This document shows positions 32,490-41,551 of a stretch of DNA of 64,000 bases, in pieces (positions within the stretch are counted from its first letter, which is position 1; every line of letters begins with the position of its first letter). Under the pieces are notes generated by a model. That model saw nothing but the letters and a program-made list of their open reading frames with translations. It did no database searches and was not told the origin of the DNA. The DNA is from an uncultured delta proteobacterium (GTDB taxonomy: Bacteria > Desulfobacterota > Desulfomonilia > UBA1062): contig CAVVYZ010000005.1 in NCBI GenBank assembly GCA_963752595.1, positions 288,001 through 352,000 on the forward strand, written 5' to 3'. A program made the translations under genes and the position numbers.

Positions 32490-34780
32490 GTAGGATCCTC
32501 GAATCTGTGCGATGTGGACTTTTCCCCCACGGCCGGGTCCATGGGAATGCGGATGACGAAGCGGGAGCCGGAACCAGGCCTGCTGGACACTTCCACTCCC
32601 CCATGGTGCATATCGACAATCTTCTGAACCAGAGCCAATCCAAGACCGGTCCCCTTCGCTTTATTGGTGTAGAAGGGCTGGAAGATTTGCTGGAGCTCTT
32701 CCTCATCCATCCCGCAGCCGGTATCCTCGATGCTGATTTCCATGGCATCTGCAACGAATTCGAAGCCTTGGGACTTAAACGTATGGCCTGGGACATGGGA
32801 TGTCGAAATACCCAGTGTACCCCCCTCAGGCATGGCATCCAAGGCGTTTTCTATGAGATTTTCAATGAGCTGCCGGATCTGTATCCCGTCGATAATGAGC
32901 GTGTCATGCTCCGCATCCAGGGAAGTCCTGATTCCGATACCCCGGGCAATGCAGTGATCGGTCCGGTTGAACAGGAGCCCGTCAATGATGTTGCTGATGC
33001 TGTACGGCTTGGGTTTTATCTTGCCCGAGCGGGTCCATTCAAGGACCTGCGTAACGAATTTCTCCAGAGTATCGATGCCGCTCGTGACCCCTTCGAGGAT
33101 CTTCGTCTGCCGTTCCTCCAGGGGATGCAGATTGCGCAGGAGCTCAATGCCCGTTTTGATCTTCTGGAGGGGATTCCTCACTTCATGGGCAACATGGGCC
33201 GACATCTCCCCCAGGATCGCCATCTTCCGGGATTTCTCCAGCTCCCTCTCCATACTCTTTTTTTCGGTGACATCGATGATGGAGACGATGCTTTGTTTGG
33301 TCCCCGGGATCAGGCCGATGGAAAGGAATGCTTCCCTGATGGTGCCATGCTTGTCCAGGAGCAGGAACTCGTATTCGGACGGCACATCCTTCTTCCCTTC
33401 TCTGCGGGCCTTGTGGTAGCCAACCATGCGATCGATATAGCCGGGGTGGACGATCTCGGTGAAGGGCATCTTGCCCTCCATCTCGTCTCTACTGTAGCCT
33501 GTGAGCTTCTCCATCTGCCTGTTGACCAGCGATATGATGCGGTTTTCTTCCAGGAGCATGATGGCGGTTCCCGTATGCTCCACCGTGGTGCGGTACTTTG
33601 TTTCGGATGCCCGCAGTGCCTTCTGCTGGTTGCGTTTCTGGGTGATATCACGGATGATGTTCTGGGTTGCAGGCTTCTTCTCGTATTCGATGATGGAAGG
33701 CGTAATCTCGAAGGCCTTCCATTCGCCGCCTTTCGACCTCAGGGCAATCTCATACTGTTCCGGGACCTTCTCTCCCTTTATCCTCTTTTCATACCGCGTT
33801 TCGATGAGCTCGGCGATTTCGGAGCGCATGATGTCCCGGAAGCCTAAAGCGCTCAGCTCCTCGCTCGTATACCCCAGAAGCTCCCGGAACTTCGGATTCG
33901 TATACTTGAAGCGGTGGTCCTGATAGACAAAGATCCCGTCGTTTGCTTTCTCTACCAGGATACGGTATTTCTGTTCAGAGGATTTAAGCCTCTCCTGGAC
34001 TTCTTTCATAGGCCTCAAATCCCGGAAAATGCTGATCCCTGCAATGGGCTTGTCGCCCTGATAAACATAGGATGCGGACAAAGAGATGGGAATGAGCGTT
34101 CCGTCCTTGATGTATAGGGAGGTTTCCTCCGCCACCACCCGGTAGGGCTTTTCCACCGTACCCTGGTCGAGGAGCTTGAGGATGCGTCTCCGCTCTCCTT
34201 TGCCCATGAAGTCATCGATGTTGATCGTACGGGAGAGCATGACTTCGGCTTTGTAGCCGGTGATCTCCTCGGCAGCTTTGTTGAAAACGAGGGCATTGCC
34301 CTGAAGGTCCGATGCGATGATCGCATCGCTCGAGTTCTCGATGAGGCCTTTCAGGAACTGGTTGTAGGATTCGACGGCCTCGACCATCTGCCTTCTCTCG
34401 GTAATATCCCTGGCAACGTTTAAGATGGCCGGGCCGCAGCCCAAGGTAATAACCGAGGTCGAAAGGGAGATGATGCGTTCTACGCCGAATTTGGTGACGA
34501 AGAACACATCATATCTGCCGGGGATGTCCTCCCCGCGGATCAGCCTGGCATATCTCTCTTCAAGCCCATCGACCGCATCCGGGCGGACGACGTCACGCAG
34601 GGACTTATCATCGAGTTCACCGGAACGAAAGCCCAAGTTCCTGCGGAATGCGGGGTTTACGTAGAAAAAACTGCTGTCCTGGTAGACAAAGATCCCGGCA
34701 CTGGCCTTTTCTACCATAGTCTGGAATATGGCCTTGCTGATTTTCTTTGTGCTCGTATCCTTAGCTGCAACTGGCCCCAT
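32486..34780 (-). CDS. Multi-PAS cytoplasmic sensor histidine kinase
   Basis: Four PAS domains, VAHEVRNPL, ENALDAM, DTGCG, GTGLGL; overlaps the cognate regulator by 4 nt. Confidence 0.93.
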   Translation of the reverse strand: MGPVAAKDTSTKKISKAIFQTMVEKASAGIFVYQDSSFFYVNPAFRRNLGFRSGELDDKSLRDVVRPDAVDGLEERYARLIRGEDIPGRYDVFFVTKFGVERIISLSTSVITLGCGPAILNVARDITERRQMVEAVESYNQFLKGLIENSSDAIIASDLQGNALVFNKAAEEITGYKAEVMLSRTINIDDFMGKGERRRILKLLDQGTVEKPYRVVAEETSLYIKDGTLIPISLSASYVYQGDKPIAGISIFRDLRPMKEVQERLKSSEQKYRILVEKANDGIFVYQDHRFKYTNPKFRELLGYTSEELSALGFRDIMRSEIAELIETRYEKRIKGEKVPEQYEIALRSKGGEWKAFEITPSIIEYEKKPATQNIIRDITQKRNQQKALRASETKYRTTVEHTGTAIMLLEENRIISLVNRQMEKLTGYSRDEMEGKMPFTEIVHPGYIDRMVGYHKARREGKKDVPSEYEFLLLDKHGTIREAFLSIGLIPGTKQSIVSIIDVTEKKSMERELEKSRKMAILGEMSAHVAHEVRNPLQKIKTGIELLRNLHPLEERQTKILEGVTSGIDTLEKFVTQVLEWTRSGKIKPKPYSISNIIDGLLFNRTDHCIARGIGIRTSLDAEHDTLIIDGIQIRQLIENLIENALDAMPEGGTLGISTSHVPGHTFKSQGFEFVADAMEISIEDTGCGMDEEELQQIFQPFYTNKAKGTGLGLALVQKIVDMHHGGVEVSSRPGSGSRFVIRIPMDPAVGEKSTSHRFEDPT

Positions 34781-34865
34781 ATAACCTTGGAAAGATACAC
34801 GATATGCGAAGGTCTATCAACTAAAAAACATATATTCGAGGAATTACAATACGCTAGAGAAGACG

Positions 34866-35384
34866 CTATGCCTTGAATTTTCCAAAATCTTCCGGGTTCA
34901 TTTTTTCCAGGATTTCTTTGAGCTTTTCCTTGTCCTGCTCAAACCCGACAATGACTTTGCCGGCCGATTCTTTGCCGGTTTCCACGCGGATGGCTTCTTT
35001 CACGACGTGGTTTGCGACATAAATAGAGCAATTGGCCCGGAGCGCAATGGCAATGGCATCCGATGGCCTGGCATCGATGGATAGCTTGTTTCCGTTATAC
35101 TCCAGCGTAATCAGGGCATAGAACACGTTGTCCCTGATATCTACCACCTCGATCTTGTCCACGTGGACCCCGAGCGTCTCGATCATTGACTTGAAAAGGT
35201 CATGAGTCATCGGCCTGGAATAGTACACCCCTTCAAGGGAGGCCGCTATGGCGCTCGCTTCCATAATGCCGATCCAGATAGGGAGAACATATTTGCCTTC
35301 AAGATCCCTCAAGACCACAATCGGGGCGTTATTCGAAGGATCCAGGGCTATTCCGGCCACTTTCATCTCTAAGAAACCAGACAT
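34866..35384 (-). CDS. Bifunctional nuclease family protein (DUF151)
   Basis: LPIWIGIMEA, RPMTHDL, DARPSDAIAIALR. Confidence 0.95.
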   Translation of the reverse strand: MSGFLEMKVAGIALDPSNNAPIVVLRDLEGKYVLPIWIGIMEASAIAASLEGVYYSRPMTHDLFKSMIETLGVHVDKIEVVDIRDNVFYALITLEYNGNKLSIDARPSDAIAIALRANCSIYVANHVVKEAIRVETGKESAGKVIVGFEQDKEKLKEILEKMNPEDFGKFKA

Positions 35385-35430
35385 GTGTCTCCCTCCTATA
35401 CATTAACATTAAGATCGTGCCCCACATTAG

Positions 35431-36270
35431 TCAATACGCAAAGGTGAGGGATTCCAGAAGCGTCTCCATATCGAAAATCCCCTGCCCGATCACGATTCCT
35501 TCTCTTTCAAGCCGTTGCCGGACCGACAGCACCAGCGGGGCGGAAATTCCGGAAGCAGCCAGGACATCGATTTGACCGATGAGGTCTTCCCGCTTGAGAT
35601 CGGCAACGATCCTTGCCCGGGATATGCCGATGCAGCGGTTTATATGGGCGAGAAAGTCTTCGAGATTGTGGGTTACGATCACGACCGTTGTATCCTGAAG
35701 GGTAGCCAGAATTCTTATCAGCTCGCGCCTGCCTTCCGCATCCATCCCGGCAGTCGGCTCATCCAGGATGAGCACCTCGGGCGAAGAAAGGAGCGCGGAG
35801 GCAAGTGCGAGCTTTCTCTTTTCCCCGGAGCTTAACCGGAAGGGAGAGATCCGCCTGAGCGCGTCGATGTCCATCCCGAACCTCCCCATCAACGCCCGCG
35901 ACATCTTCTCGATCTCAGTATCATCAAGGTCGAAGAAGTTCCTCAAGGAAAAGGTGAGCTCTTCATATGCGGTCTCATGGAAGAACTGGTGCTCGGGAAA
36001 CTGGAACAGCACGCCGATACGCCGCCTGATGGAAAAGAGTTTCTTCCTCTTTGTCAGTGCCCGAACGCTCAAACCGTCAAAAAGGACATCACCTCTCGAA
36101 GGGAGAACCAGGGCATCGAGGAGCTGGATCAGGGTGGTCTTGCCGGAACCTGCCGGGCCGATGATTGCTACCTTCTCACCCTGGCCAATGGTCAGGCTGA
36201 TATCCTGCAGGGCCCATTCATCACCGGGGACCTCGTATTTATAGGATACATCGAGGCATTCTATTTTCAT
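35431..36270 (-). CDS. Energy-coupling-factor transporter ATPase (EcfA2/CbiO-like)
   Basis: GPAGSGKTT, LFQFPEHQFF, SPFRLSSGEKRK, LDEPTAGMD. Confidence 0.88.
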   Translation of the reverse strand: MKIECLDVSYKYEVPGDEWALQDISLTIGQGEKVAIIGPAGSGKTTLIQLLDALVLPSRGDVLFDGLSVRALTKRKKLFSIRRRIGVLFQFPEHQFFHETAYEELTFSLRNFFDLDDTEIEKMSRALMGRFGMDIDALRRISPFRLSSGEKRKLALASALLSSPEVLILDEPTAGMDAEGRRELIRILATLQDTTVVIVTHNLEDFLAHINRCIGISRARIVADLKREDLIGQIDVLAASGISAPLVLSVRQRLEREGIVIGQGIFDMETLLESLTFAY

Positions 36271-37973
36271 GTCTTCTTCACGAACAGTCCGACATCCTCG
36301 ATCTCGAAGGTATTAAGGCAAGCCTGTGCGGTCAAAAACCCTTTCCTCGCGATCCTGACCCCGTACTCCATGTCATCAAGCCCTTCCACCGTATGGGCAT
36401 CAGGACTTAAGCCGATGATCCCTCCTCTCGATACGAATGGTTCGATGAGCCTCCAGTCGATATCGAGCCGTAAGGGGTTGGCATTGAGTTCCAGGGCGAC
36501 CTTGTTTCGAAGGGCCTCTTCGAGGACAGCGTCCATATCGACTGCATAGGGATCCCGGGACAGGAGGATCCTCCCTGTCGGATGGGCGAATATTGTGGTG
36601 AACGGGTTCTGTAAGGCCTTGATGATCCTCCGGGTCATGGTATTGCGGTCCATGTCCATACCCGTATGAATGCTTGCAACCACAAAATCGAACTCCTCGA
36701 GGATTTCGGGTGCATAATCCAGGGATCCGTCTGCGAGGATATCGGACTCTATTCCTTTCAGGATCGTAATGTCCTTGAATCCGCCCCTCAACTTATCTAT
36801 CTCCCTGTGCTGCCTGATTATATCGTCCTGACTCATTCCTCCTGCATAGTATGCGCTCCGGCTGTGGTCGGATATCCCGATCCATCGATACCCCCTCTCC
36901 CGCGCTCCAAGGACCATTTCCTCCAGGGTTGATGTGCCGTCGCTGAAGATTGTGTGGTTGTGGATCGTTCCGCGGATATCTTCAAGCCGTATGAGCTCAG
37001 GTAAGGTGTGGCTGCGGGCGAGTATCGATCTCACGTCCCGACCCTCGCGCACCTCGGGCGGGAGATACTGGAGACCCAGCATGCGGTATATCTCCTCTTC
37101 GTCACGGACAGGTATGGTCTTTCCTTGACGGGAAACACCCCTTTCATCGATCTCGATGTCCATGTCCGATGCAAGTCTTTTCAGCTCTCGATGTGTTGTT
37201 CAGAGCCCGTAGTAATCAGGAGCCTGGCCGCCAGGACATCCGGGGAGGCGAACATGAAAGAAGCAGCGGGACGGCCGGCCTTGAGGGCATCACATAAGCG
37301 CTTCCTTTGACCTCCATGCCGGGCTCTTTGAGGAGATCCATGATCTTCTCGATTGCGCCTCGGTGCCTTCCACCAGGAACTCGATTCGTTCAACTATCTC
37401 AGCATCCCTCCGGCACTGGCCTGTGAGATGGACCTTCATACCTTTTGAGGCGAGCACCGAACGGATCCCTTCCGCATGTGCCAGTGCCCGGTCAATGGTG
37501 AATTTTCCCCGGTAGCTCAACACCCGTTCAAGGGCACTTGGAAGGTTGTCGACAAACTTGGCCGGGAAAGCCCTCAGCCCGGCGAGTTTCCTTTCTTTTA
37601 CCGCTTCCATCAGGTCTTCGATGGTTTTGATGGACCGCTGTTCGTGCAGGATCCTGATCCTCTTCATTCCGAGCCCCGGAACCTTGAGGAACTCATCGAG
37701 CCCGCTCGGAATCATGGAGCGAAGCTCTTCAAGGTCCGAGAAATCATGGTCCTTGACCCAGGCTTCGATCTTGGCGGCAATTGTTTTCCCGATACCCGGG
37801 ATCTCTGAAAGTCCGCTCTTTTCAAGTGTCCGGCTCAAGGGCTCATCGAGCTGCATGACAGCCTGGGCAGCCTTCCGGTATGCCTTCACCTTGAAAGGGT
37901 TCTCATCGAGAAACTCTAAACTCCGCGCCGTCTCCAGCAAAGCTGAGGCGATTATGCGATTATCCAAGGGCAC
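36267..37973 (-). CDS. polX: PolX-PHP family DNA polymerase/exonuclease, frameshifts at about 37180-37355
   Basis: ENPFKVKAYRKAA, HhH IPGIGK and VPGLGMK, TTGSEQH, PPEVRE, PHP motifs HNHT-SDG, SDHS, AHPTGR, PDAH. Confidence 0.88.
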
Positions 37974-39165
37974 TCCCTTTTGCATATCCGTCATGCGCCT
38001 CTTCCAGGACAACCCGGGCAAGATCATTCGCCTTTGCCTTGCCCGAGGCTTCCACCTTCAGGTAGTTCGAGGTGATCCCCTGAAAAGTGCCTTCCTGGAC
38101 GCGGGTGACAAGCACCTCTGCCTCATGCCCCATTTGCGAGAGGATAAACGCCTTCCTCTTGGCATGAGACAGCGCCCTGAGCCTGAATGCCCGTTCCTTC
38201 ATGGTCCGGGTGTCGACCTGATCCGCATAGGAAGCTGCCGGAGTTTTCGGCCTTTTGGAGTAAGGAAATACATGCAGGTAGCCAAGCTCAAGGTCGGATA
38301 TGAGCGAAAAGGTCTGCTCGAACTGCTCTTCCCCTTCGCCGGGGAAGCCTACCATGACGTCCGAACCGATGGCGACATCCGGGTTCGAATCCCTGATCGC
38401 CGAAACGAGATCCCGATAATACCCGGCCTGATAGGGCCTGCCCATCCGGGTGAGTATTTCGTCCGATCCGCTCTGGAGCGGAACGTGAATGTGTTTGCAT
38501 ACCCTCGGATCCTTCGCAATCAGATCGATGAGCCCTTTCGAGAAGGTCCACGGCTCAATGGAGCTGATGCGCACCCTGGGCATGGGACTGTGGTTGAGGA
38601 TATTCTCGATGAGCGTCTGCACCCCTCCTTCATAGAGGCCTATGTTGATTCCCGTAAGGATGACCTCCCGGAACCCCGACTCGTACAGCCCTATGGTCTC
38701 GCACAGGATATCCTTCAGCGGCCTGCTTCGAGGGACACCCCTTGCCTGGGGCACGATGCAGAACGTGCAGTGATTATTGCACCCCTGCTGGACATTCACG
38801 AATGCCCGGGAATGACCGCAGAAGTCTTTGATATGCGAAGGCAAAGGGATGCCGAGGGCCGTGCCCATATCCTCGAAGGCGACGACCTCGATCTTACCTG
38901 GCAGGCTCCTTATCTCATCGGGATAGACCTTTGCCTGGCAGCCTGTGACGATGATCCTGGCATTATAGCTCAAAGCCCTGCGTATGAGCTTCCGGTCCTC
39001 TGCATCCGAACGATGGGTGACCGTGCAGGTATTGATGATGTAAAGATCGGCGCCGGGACACGAGAAACCCTGTTCGGAAAAACCTCCCGACGTCAGGGCC
39101 TCCCTGATGAGCTGACCTTCATACTGGTTTACCTTGCATCCAAGGGTGGTAATGGCAAATTTCAT
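37960..39165 (-). CDS. mtaB: tRNA t6A37 methylthiotransferase MtaB
   Basis: TLGCKVNQYE, INTCTVT, VTGC, radical SAM GCNNHCTFC, RISSIEP, LHVFPYS. Confidence 0.92.
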   Translation of the reverse strand: MKFAITTLGCKVNQYEGQLIREALTSGGFSEQGFSCPGADLYIINTCTVTHRSDAEDRKLIRRALSYNARIIVTGCQAKVYPDEIRSLPGKIEVVAFEDMGTALGIPLPSHIKDFCGHSRAFVNVQQGCNNHCTFCIVPQARGVPRSRPLKDILCETIGLYESGFREVILTGINIGLYEGGVQTLIENILNHSPMPRVRISSIEPWTFSKGLIDLIAKDPRVCKHIHVPLQSGSDEILTRMGRPYQAGYYRDLVSAIRDSNPDVAIGSDVMVGFPGEGEEQFEQTFSLISDLELGYLHVFPYSKRPKTPAASYADQVDTRTMKERAFRLRALSHAKRKAFILSQMGHEAEVLVTRVQEGTFQGITSNYLKVEASGKAKANDLARVVLEEAHDGYAKGSALG

Positions 39166-39215
39166 AAAAAAAGAGGGTGAAACCAAAGTAATGTTTCGGG
39201 TTACAAGGGAGATGC

Positions 39216-39788
39216 CTATGCCTCATCCTTGAGAGTCTGTTTGATCTCCTTGGTGAACTCGTCGGAGGCTTCCATGAGCTTTATCCCTGTCTCAACATTG
39301 CCGGAAGCATCCACAAGAGACCATACGGCCTTGCCGCGTGCCTTCTTCCCGGAAACCGAGACACGTACCTCCTTATCCACGGCAACCTTCTCCAATGTCT
39401 TCAGCAAGAGGCCTTTATCATCGGCATTGAGGAGATTCCCGTTCTCAGGCCCTTCACCTATATCGTATACGACAGGGGCGCTGATCCTGTGCTGCCTGAG
39501 CTTCAGGTGCTGCTGGTGGGCGTCCTTGTGTCCCATACTCCTGAGCTGGGAATCCATGTTGTAGATCGTATTGAAGTACCTGACCTTCTGCTCATGCCGT
39601 GCGACTCTCGATACATCTTTGAGCAGGGTCTTCTTCGCTCTCTGGAGCGTATCTACGAGGTGGGTAAAAGCAGCTTCGTATTCCCGGTTTCCCTTGTTGG
39701 CAAGATACGTGTTGATCATGGAGGGCAACCGTTTTTTTACCTGGACCTCGAAATCTTTAAGGATCGTCTCGAATTCTTCCCTGGTCAT
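39216..39788 (-). CDS. Hypothetical protein with degenerate C-terminal PilZ-like domain
   Basis: Helical N-terminus, then LRQHRISAPVVY...NLLNADDKGLLL...ARGKAVWS...GIKL, a PilZ-like beta-barrel pattern. Confidence 0.55.
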   Translation of the reverse strand: MTREEFETILKDFEVQVKKRLPSMINTYLANKGNREYEAAFTHLVDTLQRAKKTLLKDVSRVARHEQKVRYFNTIYNMDSQLRSMGHKDAHQQHLKLRQHRISAPVVYDIGEGPENGNLLNADDKGLLLKTLEKVAVDKEVRVSVSGKKARGKAVWSLVDASGNVETGIKLMEASDEFTKEIKQTLKDEA

Positions 39789-39913
39789 GAAATCACCATA
39801 AAACAACCCCAGGGTAAAAATCAAATCAATGTTTCATGTTTCCTATTTATTAAGTGAGCTAAAATTTTTTAAGAGACCTGGAAGATTCTTTACCCAAAGC
39901 GTATGATTCTGAT

Positions 39914-41362
39914 ATGCTATCTCCAATGAAAGTACTTTTCTGTTCGCCTGAAGCGGCACCTTACGCAAAGACCGGGGGATTGGCGGATGTAAGCGGCGCC
40001 CTGCCCCAGGAACTGAAGAAGATCGGGGCTGATTGCAAGGTCGTCATGCCGCTGTATAAATCCATAAGAAAATCCGGGATTGCGCTCGATCACGTCACGG
40101 ATCTCTCCTTCCTTGCCGGCCTCGGGATCGCCCAGGCAAGGATTTTTTCCCATAAGGACCTGTATTTCATCGAAAATAACATGTACTTCAACCGGGACGG
40201 CATTTATGCCTATGCAAACAGGGACTTTCCGGACAACCTCGAGCGCTTCGCATTTTTTTCCCGGGCATGCCTGGAGCTCGCGCTCACGCTCGGCGATGTC
40301 GACATCATGCACTGCAACGACTGGCAGACAGCACTCATTCCGGCATACATCCATTCGCTCGATATCCACCACCTGTCGACCTGCTATACAATCCATAATC
40401 TTGCCTACCAGGGAATCTTCGATGCGATGCTGTGGCCCAATCTCTTTCTCCCCTATGAATACTTCCGCCCCGATCTCATGGAATACTTCGGCCACATCAA
40501 TATCATGAAAGCAGGGATCGTATTCGCCGATATGGTAACCACGGTGAGCCCCTCATACGCACGCGAGATCCAGACCCCGGAATTCGGTTCGGGCCTGGAT
40601 GGACTCTTGAGGTCGGTTTCTCACAAGCTCACCGGCATCGTCAACGGGATCGATACCTCGGTATGGGACCCTGCCAATGATCAGCTTCTCGCATATCACT
40701 TCAGCATGGACGATCTCTCGGGCAAAGCCCTGTGCAAGAGAGACCTGCAGCAGAGGCTTTCTCTCGAGGGCCGCCCTGCCCCTCTCTTCGGAATGATCAG
40801 CCGCCTGGTGGATCAGAAAGGCATCGATCTGGTGATCTCGATTATGGAGCGGATCATATCCTTAGGCGGACAGGTGGCCATCTTGGGCAGCGGCGAAAAA
40901 TGGCACGAAGAGGCGCTTCGCAACATGGCTTCCCTCCATAAGGGGCAGCTCGGGGCCTACCTGGGGTTTGACGAAAGCCTTGCCCACATCATTGAAGCAG
41001 GCTCCGACTTCTTCCTCATGCCTTCACGGTTCGAACCGTGCGGGCTGAACCAGATGATCAGCATGCGCTACGGCACGATCCCCATCGTTACCTGCGTGGG
41101 TGGTTTGAGGGATACGGTCACGGCCTTAGGCGAAGGCGATCTGGCGAACGGGTTACGTGTTTTTCAGCCCACGGAAGGCGACCTCTTGAATGCCGTACAG
41201 GAGGCCTGTACTATCTATAAGGACAAGCCGGAGCTCTTTGCGGTCCTCCGGAAGAATGCCATGGGGGAAAATGTCGATTGGACGCAATCTGCATTACAAT
41301 ATTACAGTATGTACAACAAAATGAAAGATTTTCGAGAAAGAGCGAGATTAACCGAGCTCTGA
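39914..41362 (+). CDS. glgA: Glycogen synthase
   Basis: KTGGLADV, HCNDWQT, TIHNLAYQG, SRLVDQKG, MPSRFEPCGLNQ. Confidence 0.97.
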   Translation: MLSPMKVLFCSPEAAPYAKTGGLADVSGALPQELKKIGADCKVVMPLYKSIRKSGIALDHVTDLSFLAGLGIAQARIFSHKDLYFIENNMYFNRDGIYAYANRDFPDNLERFAFFSRACLELALTLGDVDIMHCNDWQTALIPAYIHSLDIHHLSTCYTIHNLAYQGIFDAMLWPNLFLPYEYFRPDLMEYFGHINIMKAGIVFADMVTTVSPSYAREIQTPEFGSGLDGLLRSVSHKLTGIVNGIDTSVWDPANDQLLAYHFSMDDLSGKALCKRDLQQRLSLEGRPAPLFGMISRLVDQKGIDLVISIMERIISLGGQVAILGSGEKWHEEALRNMASLHKGQLGAYLGFDESLAHIIEAGSDFFLMPSRFEPCGLNQMISMRYGTIPIVTCVGGLRDTVTALGEGDLANGLRVFQPTEGDLLNAVQEACTIYKDKPELFAVLRKNAMGENVDWTQSALQYYSMYNKMKDFRERARLTEL

Positions 41363-41363
41363 G

Positions 41364-41384
41364 TTTTCTACAAATTGTAGATAA
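41364..41384. promoter_or_regulatory. Inverted pair of variant DnaA-box-like 9-mers
   Basis: TTTTCTACA (41364-72) and TGTAGATAA (41376-84, reverse complement TTATCTACA) versus consensus TTATCCACA; upstream of the dnaA-like gene. Confidence 0.4.
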
Positions 41385-41551
41385 TTACTCCGGAGTTAGG
41401 GAAAAACATATTCCGGCCTGTCCTGCTCGGATACAGGAGGAACGTGGCTCCATAATATATTTTATTGTTATTGTTTCACTTTTTTATCTTCACGTAAAAT
41501 TAACAAGGATGGGTATAATCGAACGGCGTTGGGTTTGATCTTTTCCGGCAA

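Noticed and set aside
31383-33847. Long plus-strand ORFs (353 and 469 aa)
   Set aside because: Antisense shadows of the NtrC regulator and PAS kinase. The same applies to 4692..5714, 6498..7514 and 11551..12774; 25788..27149 is an alternative-frame shadow of the MFS gene.
37546-39180. 544-aa plus-strand ORF
   Set aside because: Antisense shadow of mtaB/polX with no recognisable motifs.
39790-41550. Primary replication origin (oriC) at the gene-strand switch near dnaA
   Set aside because: No perfect TTATCCACA cluster seen and no dnaN/gyrB/gidA context; cannot be supported without GC-skew analysis.
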